Of a stretch of 64,000 bases of DNA, positions 49,410 to 63,827 are shown in pieces; within the stretch, counting starts at the first letter, position 1, and the number at the start of each line of letters is the position of its first letter. The stretch comes from Felis catus (Eukaryota): contig NC_058368.1 in the NCBI RefSeq assembly GCF_018350175.1, positions 107,572,001 through 107,636,000 on the forward strand. Reading direction: 5' to 3'. The notes below the pieces were generated by a model that worked only from the letters and a program-made list of their open reading frames with translations, was not told the origin of the DNA and made no database searches. Position numbers and translations under genes: made by a program.

Positions 49410-50655
49410 TCCAGCCTAACATGTGGCCTATACTAGAAAATATTTCACATCATTTGGGGAAAATGTGTATTCTGCTGTTGGAGTGTTCTGTAAATGTCTC
49501 TTAGGTCTAATCTTTCTGTAATGTTCAAGCTTTCTGTTTCCTTATTAATCTTCTGTATGGCGGTTCTATCCATTACTAGAAGAGAGGGATTGAATTCTCC
49601 TCCTGTTTTTGTAGAGATGTCTACAAAATTTTTTCAATGTTTGCTTCATATGTTTAGGAGCTCTAAAGTTTAATGTATGTGTATTTGGGGTTATTATATC
49701 TTCTTTGTGAATTTACCTTTTTATCATTAAATAATGTCCTTTATCTCTTGTAATAGTTCTTGTCTTAAAGATTATTTTGTCTGAGATTAGAATAGCCACT
49801 TTTGCTCTCTTTTGGCTAGTATTTGCTTGGAATATCTTTTTCCATTCTTTCGCTTTCAACCTAGTATGTGCTTAAATCTAAAATAAGTTTCTTGGGGAGC
49901 CTGGGTTGCTCAGTCAGCTAAGTATCTGACCTTGATTTTGGCTCAGGTCATGATGTCACAGTTCGTGCTTGGGATTCTCTCTATTTCTCTGCCCCTTCCC
50001 GACTCCTGTTTTCTCTCTCTCTCTTTGTCTCTCTCTCTCTCTCAAAGTAAACATCTTTGTTTCTTTCCTCTCCCGCTCGAATTCTCCCAGTGCATATGTT
50101 TGTATGCTTTATGGTATCCCACTGGCCTTTTAGGTGATATTCATTTTTCTTCATTGATTTTTCTCCCTGTTCCTCAGACTAGATAATCTGAATTGACTTG
50201 CCCTCAAATTCACTGATTCTTTCTTCTTTCTGATGAAAGTAGTCTTTCTAGTAAATTTCCACTTCAGTTTTCATTTATCACTCTTTTCAGCTTAAGAATT
50301 TCTATCTGTTTTTTTTAAGAATAATTTCCATCATTTTGTTATTCTGTGTTTATTGAGATTTTAATTCTATGCTTTCCTTTATTAGAAATTCATTCCTTTG
50401 GCTCTTTGAACGTACTTAAAATTACCAATATAAGGTGTTTGTCTAATAAGTTCCTTGTCTGGATTTCTTCAGGGACATTTTCTATGTATTCTTTTATTTT
50501 TCCTCCTGTGTATGGACTATATTTTACTGTTTCTGTGTATGCCTAATAAATTTTTGTTGAACAGTGGAAAATTTGAATATTATAATGTGGTATCTCTGAA
50601 TATATGATTCTCTCCCTCCCCTATTGTTTGTTGTTGCTTCTTATTGTAGTTGTAT

Positions 50656-50686
<31 letters not shown>

Positions 50687-51560
50687 TTTGGTGACTTTCT
50701 GAACTAATTTTGTAAAATCTTTATTCTTTGTTGTGCAATGTGACCACCAAAGTTTATTCTGCTTAGTACTCAGTGAATGATTTCACAGAGATTTCCTTAA
50801 AATGCCTGGTTTCAAGATATCTAGTCCTTGAGGGGTTATTCTTTATATATTTTGGGAAAAATTTTAGCACTCAACTAGGCAGTTGATACCTCTGTCTCAA
50901 AGTCAGGAATAGTGAGAACTTTGGACCTTCTCAGGTCTTGCCCAAGCCTGCACTCAACATGGGCATATATGTAGTCTAGATTTCCAGGAATATGTCATTG
51001 CTTTTCAAAGCCCTAATTTCCCAAAGCATCACATTCCCTGGACTTTGCTGTCAACGTTTTTGGTTAGTCTATTGCTTGCCCCAGTTGTAATCCATTGCCT
51101 CAGGCAGCAGTGACTAAAACATTTGCCTGTAAATTTTTTTTTTTTTTTGACAAATGTCCACTGTAGAGGCTTTAGCATTAGATGAGTTCTGAATTATGTA
51201 AAGTGAAAACAAGCCTGTTGAGCGAGTCTTCCAGGGAGTTAGCAGATAAATTAAAATAAAAAATGAAAAGTGTTTTCAAATGAGATCTGTTTTGTTTTCT
51301 CTGAAACTGAGAATGTCAGCTGTTATTTTTAAGTCAACAGGGGATGATACTAGGCAGCCGGGGATGATACTAGGCTAAACTGAAATTCCACAAAGCTCAA
51401 TTTTCCTATTCAGATTCAGCCTTTTTTGTTAAATAAGTACTCCTCAGGTTGCTACAAGCTTTTGGTTAGTTTGCGGAGTTCTGAAATTTTTTGATAGGTT
51501 TTTTTTTTTTTTAATTGCTTCTCTGGAAGGGTAGGCTTTTGGTGTTCCATGACATTTTTG
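49410..51560 (-). mobile_element. Old L1 (ORF2 start/ORF1/5' region) remnant
   Basis: GAAAATGTGTATTCTGCTG; TTGTCTTAAAGATTATTTTGTCTGA; CTCAGACTAGATAATCT. Confidence 0.7.
49893..50052 (+). mobile_element. CanSINE (internally deleted)
   Basis: Head joined directly to the CT region. Confidence 0.85.
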
Positions 51561-51595
51561 CTCATATCCAAGAGCTTTTTAAGATTTACTTATTT

Positions 51596-51830
51596 TGGAG
51601 GGCCTGGGTGGTTCAGTTGGTTCAGCATTCAACTCTTGATTTTGGCTCAGGTCATGATCTCTTCATGAGATCAAGCACCGTGCTGGGCTCCGCACTGACC
51701 GAGTGGAGCCTGCTTTGAGTCTGTCTGTCTGTCTGTCTCTCTTTCTCTCTCTTTCTCTCTCTCTCTGCCCCTCCTCTGCTCATTTGCACTCTATCTCTCT
51801 CTCAAAATAAATAAATATTAAAAACATAAA
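51596..51830 (+). mobile_element. CanSINE
   Basis: Full-length. Confidence 0.9.
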
Positions 51831-51832
51831 AT

Positions 51833-53305
51833 TTATTTTTTACTGAACTATAATTGACCTATAAAATTGTTAGTTTCAGGTGAATAACATAATGATTTTA
51901 TGTTTATATATATATACTGCATTGTGAACTAGTCACCACAGTAATTCCAATAAGTCTCGTTAACATTTGTCACCATACATAGTTACAGAACTTTTTCTTG
52001 TGATGAGGACTTTAAAGATCTATTCTCTTAGTTACTTCCAACTATACTGTATAGAATATTGTTAACGATAGCCATCATGCTGTACATTATATCCCTATGA
52101 CTTTATAAGTAGAAGTTTTTATCTTTTAGCCCTCATTACCCATTTTAGTAATGCTCTGCCATTCACCTTGGCAACTACCTATTTGTTATCTGTATCTATG
52201 AGCTTGATTTTTTGTTTCTGTTTTTATTTTATATTCTACATATAAGCTATAGTCCTATATTTGTCTTTCTCTGTCTGACTCCTTTCACTTAGCTTAACAC
52301 CCTTATTGTCCATCTATGTTGTCAGAAATGGCAAGATTTCCTTCTTTTTATGACTAAATGATAATCCTTTGTATATATACCTCAACTTCTTTATCCATTT
52401 TTCTGTCAGTGAACACTTAGGTTATTTCCATATCTTGGCTGTCTTCAATAATGCTTCAGTGAACATGGGGCTGAATAAATCTTCTCAAGTTAGTGCTTTT
52501 TTTTTTTCAGTTAAATACTAGAAGTGGAATTGCCAGATTATATAATAGTTCTATTTTTATTTTGTGGAGGCTTCATACTGTTTTTTATAATGGCCATACC
52601 AATTTACATTTACAAAAACAGTACACAAGGATTCCCTTTTCTCCATTCTCACCAACATTTTTGATCTCTTTTTTTTAAATAACTTTTTGAATTATCTTCT
52701 TTAATAGCAACATGGTATGATACCTCATTGTAGTTTTGATTTGCGTTTTCCCTAATGATGAGTGATGTTGAGCATCTTTTCATGTGTTTGTTGGTCATCT
52801 GTATGTCTTCTTGGACAATTGTCAATTTACATGTTCTGCCCATTTTTTAATAGGATTGTTTTTTTGCTATTGAGTTATATAAGTTCGTTACATATTTTGG
52901 ATATTAATCCTTTTCAGATATATGATTTGCAGATGTTTTCTCCCATCCAGTAGGTTGCCTTTCATTTTGTTGATGGTTTCCTTTGCTGTGCAGAAGCTTT
53001 TTTTTAATTTTTAACTTTTTTGAATGTTTATTTATTTTTGAGAGAGAGAGACAGTGTGTGAGTGAGGGAGGGTCAGAGAGAAAGAGAGACACAGAATCTG
53101 AAGCAGCCTCCAGGCTCTGAGCTGTCACAATAGAGCCCGAAGCAGGGCTAGAACTCAGAAACCACAAGATCACGACCTGAGCTGAAATTGGATGATTAAC
53201 CACCTGAGCCACCTAGGCGCCCCTGTGTAGAAGCTTTTTAATTTGATGGAGTCTCATCTGTTTATTTTTGCTTTTGTTGTCTTTACTTCTGGTGTCATAT
53301 CTAAA
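51833..53305 (-). mobile_element. Carnivore L1 3' portion interrupted by a SINE
   Basis: ORF2 remnants ([21 protein letters not shown]) and 3'UTR. Confidence 0.88.
52997..53223 (-). mobile_element. CanSINE nested in L1
   Basis: TSD TGTG(C/T)AGAAGCTTTTT. Confidence 0.93.
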
Positions 53306-53379
53306 ATTGTTTGCTTTAAAATATACAGATGTGTTTTCTTTTATAGATAATTTAAGCTTTGGAAATAGAGTAATTTAAC

Positions 53380-54330
53380 TTTTAATAATAGTTTTGTTGA
53401 GATATAATTTACATACCATAAAATTCATCTGTTTTAAGTATACAATTCAATGTACAGTCATAAGGTTGTACAGTCATCCTAACAATCTAATCATAGGACA
53501 TCCTCCTCTCCTGTAGAAGAAGCCATTGGCTGTTGCCCCTCATTTTCTCCCATCTGCCTCTAAGCAGTCACTAACCAACTTTTTGTCCCTACTGATTTGC
53601 CTTTTCTGGACATTTCTTAACACTGGAATCATATAGTTCATCATCTTTTGTAATATGGTTCTTCACTTAACATGTTTCCAAGGTTTATTCATGTTTAGCA
53701 TATATCAGTACTTCATTCCTTTTTATTGCTGAATAATATTCACTTATTCATACATAAGCTGTTGTCCATTGGGCTTTTTTCCACCTTTTAGCTGTCATGA
53801 ATAATGATTCTATGAATGTTCATGTAGAAGTTTTTGCATGGATATATGTTTACATTTCTCTTCAGTATATATTTAGAAGTAGAATTGCTGGGTCGTATAA
53901 TAACACCATGTTTAAGTTTTTGAGGAATATCCAAACTATTTTCTACAGAAGCTATAACATCTTAGGTTCCCACCAGCAATTTTTGATGATTTCAATTTCT
54001 CCAGATCCTTGCTAACACTCGTTGTTTGTCATTTTGATTATTGCCGTCTTAGTGGATGTGAAGTATCACACTGTAGTTTTGGTTTGCATTTCTTAATAGA
54101 AATGATACTGAGCATCTTTTCATATACTTATTGGCCAGTTGTATATCTTTTTTGGAGACATGTTTATTAAAATTGTTGGACCATTAAACATTATTTTTGG
54201 TCTTTTTACTATTGAGTTGTAAGGGTCCTTTATGTATTCTGTTAATAAGTCCATCATCAGATACATGATTTACAAATATTTTCTACCATACTTGTGGGCT
54301 GACTTTTCACTTTCTGGACAATAGTTTTGA
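53380..54330 (-). mobile_element. L1MB-like 3' remnant
   Basis: GTTGAGATATAATTTACATACCATAAAATTCA end; antisense ORF2 motifs. Confidence 0.8.
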
Positions 54331-57300
54331 GTAGAATTATTTTATAGTTTCAAGAATAAAACAATCAATGTGTTGGCCAATAAACATTCAAAAATATACT
54401 GTGGTAAAACAAAAATATCCATTTGCCAATCTCACTTTTATGAGGTTACAGTAGAATAGCCAGGGATAGAGGATTGCTTCGTGTGTATGCTAACCTGGAG
54501 AATGTCTGGAGATTGGCATAGGATATGAGCCTCTTATTTGTCTTACATTTCACTGGGCTTCCTAGTAGAAACAGAAAAGACTTTGGAACTGGTGATAGCT
54601 TTTTTCACTTACAGGAATTAAAACTCTTGAACAAATATAAAAGGGGACAGAGGCTGCTCCTAACGATGGAGGAATTTCCTATGTGAATATTCATTTGAAC
54701 ATGAGGCAGGTAGACAAAGAGCACAATATGCCTAGCTCATTGTAAGTGCTCACTAAATGACGGCTGAGTGAATGAATGAATCAGTAAGAGTGTGTGATTT
54801 AGATTCCTTAGGGTCCTAGGCTTCTACTTGTTGCAACTTCATGACCTTGATTGTACCTAAGATTAATGTGGGCTTGAGGAACAAAAGGTGTTTCCAAACA
54901 ACCTGCAGTATCCTAAACAAGTAAGTTGCTCAGCAGCTACACAGAACAAACATTTTATTTTCTGAAGTTTGCTCTGGGCACTTAAAATTTCTGGCCTTTA
55001 AAATGTAGCAGTCTCAGTCGGGGTACTTGGTAGCTAATGCACATTAACAGACTTCCTTGATGCTCCATTTCCAGAAATGGTGAAATTCAGGATATCCTAA
55101 AAGCAAGATGTCTAAAGCAAATATAAATGGTGTGAGTTCTCATAACCAGTATGAAGACCAACTAGTGATATCCTTTGGTGTACTTGGGATGACAGTGACT
55201 GACATTATGAGAATTAAAGAGATCAAATAATTGTTTTAAACGCATAATCTTAAGCATGATACTTTCAGTGAAACACAACCTCCACTGGTAATAAATGAAT
55301 AAGGAAAATGGACCTAGTACCTTACATTCATTCCTTAAATCTTTAATAATCTGTACCACATGCCCCTTGGGAGCATATTATTTGCAGTACATCATCTCCT
55401 AAACGTCTTTTATTAAAAGTATGTGTTACTTTTGGCTTCTTCTAATGAATTGTTGATGTGGTTAAGTTACTGACACCCTGGCATTACAGTGTAAGGATGA
55501 TTGTCTCTGGGGGCTTGACTTTCTTCTGTAACTGATGTGAACAAAATGAGTAATATTTGCCTTTGTTTAAACCTATTTCTCATAAAGTTTCTTAAAACAC
55601 TGTGGTTGCATTCTACATAGATCATGTTTTTATCGATTGCCTGGTCATAGACCCACCTGTTCTAAGTGTGCAATTTGATCATTAGTCTTCTAACCAGCTG
55701 ATGGCACTCTTGAGCATGTCTGATGCAAAATGAAACTATTCTAGCTCATTAGTTCCCTATAAGAGATTTGCCCTGTAAATACCTTGAGACAGAAAGACAT
55801 GAGGCCATGGCTAAGATAAAAATTAAGAAAGTAATAGACCTGTTGGACAAATTAATGCTGCCATGCCAATGGACTGATTTTGGTTTTCCCCAACTCCAGT
55901 AGATCCTGAAGCACGGTTTCAGGAATGTATTTTTGTTTTAACTCAACCAGAACCATTGAAATGTCAGGCCAGTTAAATGTCACCTGACTAATTTGCCTGG
56001 ATGTGGCTGTGAAATTCTTCAAAATTGAATCTAATCAAGAATTGTTGAGTAGGACTATACTGTGTACATTAGGGTGTTTAAAATGTTATTACCGAAATAG
56101 TTTTTTTTATTACGTATAGTTTGTTATAATAAGGTCCTGATTTATCACATTATGTTTAGTCTCCTTTTTTGTAAGAGGATAATTGTAGTATTGCTAGAAA
56201 GGGACAATGTCAGCTAAGAAAAGCATTTCCCTCCTCAATTTTTGGAAATGTTTATAGCCAAAACAAACAAACAAACAAACAAACAAACAAAAAACACATA
56301 GTAGTATAGTTCTTACTATATGAAACACATCTTGTTATTAGCTTAGTAGATTAACTGAGCTAATACTAAAAACACATAACACTGATATTAATATTAGTAC
56401 TATTATAGATATACTATATATGGTATTATAGATACACTATTATAGACTATTCCCTTACTAAGGATCTTTATCCTCTCAGGTAATGTAAAGCCAAAATATA
56501 TTATTACACATAAAAAAAACCAGAATGGTAACACAGAAAGTTTCAGGGTTAATTTTGCCTTACAATTACATTTTATTTTTCCATTTTCACATTAAAGATT
56601 ACATACAGCAAAATGCTCAGATCTTAAGTGTACCATTCAGTATTTTGATGAATCCGCATCAATAAATAGAACATTTCCATCATTGTAGAAACTCTTTCTC
56701 ACCCTTTCCCAGTCGATCTCCCAGGATTAGCCATTAATCTCATATTTAGCCATATACATTAGTTTTGCTTATTCTAGAATTCACACAGTTGGAATCATAC
56801 ATACACACTTTTTTGTATCTGCTTATTTCATTTGACATACTATTTTCACAGTTCATCCATGTTTTTGTGTGTGTCAGTAATTCTTTCCATCTTATTACTA
56901 AGAAGTATTGGACTGTATGAATATGACATTATTATTTTTTTTTAAATCTCTTCTCTTATTGATGGTCTTCTGGGTTGTTTCCAGCTTGGGGCTATTATCA
57001 ATAAAGCTGTTATGAACATTCATGTAAAGCTACTTTGTAGATATATGCTTTGATTTCCCTTGGATAAATAGAAGCCAAATGCTTAGGAATGTTGATGAGA
57101 GGATAAATGTATGTTTAACTTTTCAAGAAAATGCCAGTTTTCTTAAAATTCTTAAAATGGTTGGAGCATTTTACACTTTGCCTTGCAATGCCTGAGGATT
57201 CCAGTTGTTCCATGTCCTTTTCAAAACTCGTGTTGTGAGTCTTTCACGTTTCCATCCATCTAGTGGGTAAGCAGTGGTATTTCATTGCAGTTTTAATTTA

Positions 57301-57396
57301 CATTTACTTGATACCTAGTGATATTGAGCGTTTTTTAAATAAATTATTGCGTACTTGACAAATAGCTTCTTTTGTGAAGGATTTAAGTCTGTTGCT

Positions 57397-57617
57397 GATT
57401 TTTGAAAATATTTATTATTTTTGAAAGAGAGAGAGAGAGAGAGACAGAGCATGAGCAGGGGAGGGGGACAAAGCGGGGGAGGCACAGAACCTGAAGCAGG
57501 GTCCAGTCTCTGAACTGTCAGCGCAGAGTCCCATGCGGGGCTTAAACCCAAGATCTGCAAAATCATGACCTGAGCCAAAGCTGGAGGTTTAACCAACTGA
57601 GCCACCCGGGCGTCCCT
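57397..57617 (-). mobile_element. CanSINE
   Basis: TSD TTGCTGATTTTT. Confidence 0.92.
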
Positions 57618-57756
57618 ATTGCTGATTTTTAAATTGGCTTGTCTTTTTAATTAGGTGATGCAGGCATCTTTTAATATTCTGCATATAATTCCTTTGCCAA
57701 TTTTATGTGTCATAAATATTTTCTTTCAGTCTGTGGTTTTTAAATGTATTTCTTGT

Positions 57757-57949
57757 TGGGGTACCTGGGTGGCTCAGTCAGTTGAGCATTGACTCTTGGT
57801 TTCAGCTCGGGTATGATCCCAGGGTCAGGGGATAGAGCCTTGCATAGGGCTCCACGCTGAGCATGAATGTGCTTAAGATTCTCTTCTCTCTCTCTCTCTC
57901 TCTCTCTGCTCCTCCCCCACTCATTCCCGCTCCAAAAAATGAAAATTTA
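57757..57949 (+). mobile_element. CanSINE (older type)
   Basis: Head, CT tract; tail interrupted by a second SINE. Confidence 0.88.
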
Positions 57950-58168
57950 GGGCCGCCTGGGTGGCTCAGTCGGTTGAGCATCCGACTTCGGCTTAGGTCA
58001 TGGTCTCGCAGTCCATGAGTTCGAGCCCTGTGTCGGGCTCTGTGATGACAGCTCGGAGCCTGGAGCCTGCTTCAGATCCTGTGTCTCCCTCTCTCTCTCT
58101 GATCCTCCCCCGTTCATGCTCTGTCTCTGTCTCAAAAATAAATAAATGTTAAAGAAAAAAAATTTTTT
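57950..58168 (+). mobile_element. Felid CanSINE inserted in the tail of the preceding SINE
   Basis: TSD AATGAAAATTTA. Confidence 0.92.
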
Positions 58169-58707
58169 AATGAAAATTTAAAAATGTATAATAAAAAAAT
58201 CTCTTTCTTGCTAGTACTTCTTAAAGAGCAAAAGGTTTTAGATTTTACCTATAGTTTTGATGAATTTTAAAAGTCTTTTACTTTTTTTATGCTTTTTACT
58301 TTCTGTGTCCTTGCCAAGAAATCTTTGTTTTTACCCCCAAGATTACAAAATTTTTCTCCTGTATTTCCTTCTAATAGCTTTATTGTTCTCTGTTTTTACA
58401 TATGATTTAATTTTGAGTGTAGTGTGAAGTAGGTGTCAAAGTTTTTTTTTTTATCCCCAATGGATATTCAGTTTTCCCACATGACTTATTAAAAAGATTT
58501 ACCTTTCTCTGTTTAATTTACTTGAGCACTTGTGTCCACAATGAAGGATCTATACATGGAATCTCTTTTCACTTCTCTTGATTTCTTGGTCTCTTCTTTT
58601 GCCAACACCCTACTCTTTTGGCAACTGTAGCTTTATAGTAAGTCTTAAAGTTAGGTAGCATAAGTCCTACATCTTTTTCTTTTTTAACAATGTTTTATCT
58701 ATTTTTC

Positions 58708-59768
58708 CTTTTTCAAAAATGTTTCCATATTTATTGAGGTATAATTGATAAAATTGTAATATATTTATTAAAAAAAATTTTTTAACGTTTTATTTATTTT
58801 TGAGACAGAGACAAAGCATGAATGGGGGAGGGGCAGAGAGAGAGGGAGACACAGAATCAGAAGCAGGCTCCAGGCTCTGAGCCATCAGCCCAGAGCCCGA
58901 CGCGGGGCTCGAACTCATGGACCGCGAGATCGTGACCTGGGCTGAAGTCGGACACTCAACCGACTGAGCCACCCAGGCGCCCCTGAATTGTAATATATTT
59001 AAAGTGTACCTCATGGTAATTTGATATACATAAACTGTGGAAAAGGATCCACCCCATGTAGTTAGTTAACACCTTTTTAACTGATTGATTGATGAGAACA
59101 TATAAGTTACACTATCTTAGCAAATTACACTTATACAGAACAGTGTTATCAACTGTAGTTACCATGTTTTATATTAGATCCTCAAAACATATTTATCTCA
59201 CAACTAAAAGTTTGCAATCTTTAATCAGTTTCACCTCATTTCACCTACCCCCCAGCTCCTGGCATCCAGTTATATGGTCTCTGTTTCTATGAGTTTGACA
59301 TTTTTTTTAAAGATTACATATATTAAGTGAGGTTGTGTAGTATTTGTCTTTCGCTTTCTAGCTTAATTCATTTAGCATAATGTCCTCCAAGTTTGAATTA
59401 TCTTTTAATACTAATAGGTATGAAGTAATATCTCATTTTGGCTTTGATTTGCATTTCTCTGATAATCAATGATGTTGAGCACCTTTTCATGTACCTGTTG
59501 GTTATTTGTATGCTTTTGCAAAAATGTTTATTCAGTTCCTCTGCCCATTTTCTAATCAGGCTTTTTTTGGTATTAAGTTTTATAATTTCTTTATATATTT
59601 TACATATTAAACTCTTAATAAATACATGCTTTGCAAATATTTTCTCCCATCCCATAAGTTACCTTTTCACTTTGTTGAAGATTTCCTTCACCATACAGAA
59701 GCTTTTGAGTTCAGTGTAATTCCATGTCTATTTTTGCTTTTGTTATCTTCGCTTTTGGTGTCCAGTAC
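58708..59768 (-). mobile_element. Carnivore L1 3' portion nested in an older L1
   Basis: TSD TGTTTTA(T/G)CTATTTTTC at 58691-58707 and 59769-59785; ORF2 remnant ([16 protein letters not shown]). Confidence 0.85.
58767..58983 (-). mobile_element. Young felid CanSINE nested in L1
   Basis: TSD AATTGTAATATATTTA. Confidence 0.94.
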
Positions 59769-60540
59769 TGTTTTAGCTATTTTTCACCCTTCACCTTTAC
59801 AGATAAAATTTCAAATTGTCCTACCAATTAAAAATGTTAATAACATCGAGTCTTCTGATTCCTGAACATAGGATTTATTCATTTATTTAAGTTTTCTCTA
59901 ATCTGTCAGGAATGTTTTAGAGTTTACCATGCAGGAATCTTATACATCATTTCTTAGTATTTTTAAATATTTCCCCTTTAGAAGTTTAAGATATTTGATG
60001 TTTTGATGCCATAATAAAATGTTTAAAATTTCATTTTCAAATGAAGGGTTGCTTGGCTTTATTTATTTATTTACTTTTGAATAGTGACTTTATGTTCTGC
60101 CACATTGCTAAATTTGATGATTACTTTTTATATTATTCTGATAACTTCCACAAGATTTTCTTCATACATAATCATATCATCTAAAAATAATGAAAATTTT
60201 TATCTTTCTAATCTCTTTGTTTCTTTTTCTGTCTTATTGCACTGATTGGGACATCTAGTTCAATACTGAATTTGGGAATGGTGAGAACAAAGATTTCATC
60301 TTGTTTTTGATGTTAAAGAGGAGTGATTATTTCACTGTTAAGTGTTACATTATGTAGAGATTTTACATAGATGCCTTTTTTGAAGTTGAGCAAGTTTTCT
60401 TCTATTCCCAGTTCTGAGAGTTTATTTTATAAATTGATGTTGTATTTGCCAAGGGCTTTTTTTCTGAAATTAATGAAATGATTGTATATTTTTCCCTTAA
60501 TGTGTTGATATAGTGGTAGTGAATTACATTAATTTTGATA

Positions 60541-60561
60541 TTTTTTTAATGTTTATTTATT

Positions 60562-60609
<48 letters not shown>

Positions 60610-60769
60610 TGACTGGGGGAGGGATAGAGAGAGAGGGAGACACAGAACTTGAAGCAAGCTCCAGGTTCTGCGCTGTCAGCCCAGAACCAGATGCGGGGCT
60701 CTAACCTGTGAACTGTGAGATCACAAAGCTGAAATGAATGCTCAACCAACTGAGCCACCCAGGCACCCC
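60541..60769 (-). mobile_element. CanSINE
   Basis: TSD ATTTTGATAT. Confidence 0.92.
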
Positions 60770-61309
60770 TGATTTTGATATGTGAAATCATGCTTTTATT
60801 CCTGGGAGAAACACAAATTGATCATGTCTTTTATACAATGCTGACTTTAGTAATATTTTGTTAAGCAGTTTTGCACTAATGTTCATGAGGGAGATTTGCT
60901 GAGGTAACTCAATTTAGCAGCTTCATATAGTGAATTAACAGAATGACTTCAGATAAAGCTGTACTCAAATACAGAATTTTCTGCTTGCTAACTAGAGACT
61001 TTAGGCAAGTTATCGTACCTTGTTGATCTTTAAGTCTTTCACAACTGAATATTTATTACTTAACGAGCTGGGACTTGAAACATATCCTTAAAATAAGAAA
61101 AGCCTAACTGTCATCACCTGTATTATTGAAACAGAACTAAACAAAAACGACTTAATGATACAAACTTTTAAAAACCTACAAAGGCCTAATAAAATTCCAT
61201 TTTTTTTTTCAAACCTTCAAGCTGGAAATTCAGCAAGGAATCAGAGCCTCTGATTTCCATCAGCTTTTTATGAACTTTTTTAAGTAAAGTTGACACGATT
61301 ACCATCAAT

Positions 61310-61533
61310 TTATTTTTATTTTTTTAATGTTTATTTATTTTGAGACAGAGAGAGACAGAGCAAAAGTGGCTGGGGGTGGGGGCTGGTAAGAGAGAGGGAG
61401 ACACAAAATCCAAAACAGGCTTCAGGCTCCAAGCTGTCAGCACAGAGCCCAATGCGAGGCTCCAACTCATGGACCGTAGGGTCATGACCTGAGCCAGTCA
61501 GAAGCTTAGCCAACTGAGCCACCCAGGCACCCC
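61310..61533 (-). mobile_element. CanSINE
   Basis: Full-length. Confidence 0.9.
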
Positions 61534-61659
61534 AGGCATCAGTTTTCAGTACTTGAATGTAACTACAATTTTCACATTTATAAGCTTGCCCAATGCCTGT
61601 TAAATTATTAATAAAACAAAATATGATAGTTTCTATTATCATTTTGTCACATGTATTCT

Positions 61660-61795
61660 TCTTTAATTTTTTTTAACATTTATTTGTTTTTGAGACGGAG
61701 AGGGTGGGGGCAGAAAGAGAAAGACAGAGGATCCAAAGCAAGCTCCACACAGAGAGTGCAGAACCCAATGTGGGGCTCAAACTACTGAACTTCAG
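61660..61795 (-). mobile_element. 5'-truncated CanSINE
   Basis: Tail and 3' body only. Confidence 0.8.
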
Positions 61796-62147
61796 TTGTC
61801 CCAAGCAGTCTCCTCTTTCCTATGCGATTTTTATTTTTCTCTCTTGGATCATTCACATCAGCTTATAATCATATTATTCCTTTCATCTGAAAAAAAAAAA
61901 AAACAAAAAAACAACCTTGTCTTGACTCCACTTTCTCTGCTAACTACCACCCCATTTCTTGGCTTTTCTTGGCAAACTGAAAGGTTGTCTTTTAGTATTG
62001 TTTCCAATTCTTCCATTTTCCCTTAAATTCACTTCAGTCTCAGTTTTCTTGTCCTGACATCATTAACTTCCACATTGCTAAATCCAGTGATTATTTTTGA
62101 ATTGTTCTTTGATTTAGTAGCAATATGTAACATAGTTGATTACTCCT

Positions 62148-62356
62148 CTTTTTTTTTTAAATACTTGTTTAATTTTGAGAGTGACAGAACAGAAGCAGAG
62201 GAGGGCCAGAGAGAGAGGGAGACACAGAATCCGAAGCAGGCTCCAGGCTCCGAGCTGTCAGCACAGAGCCCGACACGGGGCTCAAACCCACAAGCTGTGA
62301 GATCATGACCTGAGCCATATTCAGACACTTAACCGGCTGAGCCACCCAAGTGCCCC
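62148..62356 (-). mobile_element. CanSINE
   Basis: Full-length. Confidence 0.92.
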
Positions 62357-62959
62357 ATTCCTTCTCTTCGATACGGTTGTAGACCTGGCTTCTACAAACA
62401 CTTGATTTCCCGCCTCTATTTCTACCTGGTCAGCTTTGCTGCTTTTTCCCTTCTGAGTCTTTCAGTCTTGGGAAGACTCAGTTCTTTGTTCTCCTTGAAA
62501 GAGAGGACAGAGTTGTTGCATTGTGAGGACGCTACATCAAAAAACAAAACAAAACAAAACAAAAACAAAAACACTTCTTATCAAATTATTTCTTTAATGC
62601 AAACAGTACATAAGAATATAAAGTAAATCCCCAACCCAGACTTTGAGTCCCACACTCCTTAGCCTTTAACTACGTTTTTCATCTTGGATGTTCTCTCTGA
62701 AATTTACTATGAATGATGAATACAGTAACAGAGATATCCTTTTAAAATCTTTCAGTAAACCTTTAATATAATAGAACTGCATAGAGTACATTCCTTTGAA
62801 TGGGTCCATTACAATTTATGTAACCGTGAATATTTAGGACATTTCCATTTTTATTGCAAACAGTGTTATATGATTAACCTTATAAAGGTAGTTTAGACAT
62901 ATGTGTGAAATGCAGTACGCATTTTTATACGTGAAACTCTAGTTTACAGAGCACATCCA

Positions 62960-63827
62960 CAATAGATCCTCATTATTGACAAATTCTATATTTGTGAATC
63001 TACTTACTTGCTAAAATTTATTTGTAACTTCAAAATCAGTACTTACTATGTTCTTATGGTCATTTATGGACATGTGCAGTGCAGCAAAACATTAGAGTTC
63101 CCTGATGTGTCCTTTCTTAGCTGTGGTTGAAGAAGGTGATGCTCTGCTTTCTTGTTTTAGCTCTTACCCTGGAAACAAGTATCATTTCCAAGGTCTAATT
63201 AGTTCCATATTTTTTTCAGTCTTATGCTCATTGTTGGTGATTTTTGTTGTTTAAAATTGCCCCCTTAGGGGTGCCTGGATGGCTCAGTCAGTTAAACACC
63301 TGACTTTGGCTCAGGTCGTGATCTCACAGCCTATGGGTTTGAGCCCTGTGTCGGGCTCTGTGCTGACATCTCAGAGCCTGGAGCCTGCTTTGGATTCTGT
63401 GTCTCCCTCTCTCTCTGCCCCTCCCCCACTCATACTCTGTCTCTCTCTGTCTCTCAAAAAATAAACATTAAAAAAAAATTTTCAAGCATAATGCTGGAGT
63501 TCTGTCTGGTGTGCCTAAACATAAAAAGTCTGTGCTATGCCTTAGGACAAAAATACATGTGTTCGATAAATATGTTTCATTTGGACATGAGTTATAGTGT
63601 TTTTGACCATGAGTTCAATGTTAATGAATCAGCAGTATATATGTCTTTAAAGAAAAACACACATAAAACAAGATTATTTATTGATTAGATGATGAAAATA
63701 TTGGGACCAGCAGCTCACAGAAACCTAATTTTGTATTTCTCCTAGGAGCTATGATTCATTATTTGCTAATTCAATGTTTACAGAAACTTTATAGATCATA
63801 ACTACCACAAATAATGAGAATTGACTA
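62960..63827 (+). mobile_element. MER82-like (TcMar-Tigger) DNA transposon interrupted by a SINE
   Basis: TIR-like CAATAGATCCTCATTATT...AATAATGAGAATTGACT; internal GCTAAAATTTATTTGTAAC and GAGTTCAATGTTAATGAATC. Confidence 0.85.
63268..63482 (+). mobile_element. CanSINE nested in MER82
   Basis: Full-length. Confidence 0.92.

Larger units (their letters stand above)
56570..60900 (-). mobile_element. Old L1 containing nested SINEs and a younger L1
   Basis: Collinear antisense L1 3'UTR/ORF2 motifs across the insertions. Confidence 0.75.

Noticed and set aside
51340..51375. Tandem duplication of GGGGATGATACTAGGC
   Set aside because: Simple local duplication inside an L1 remnant; only two units, not an array
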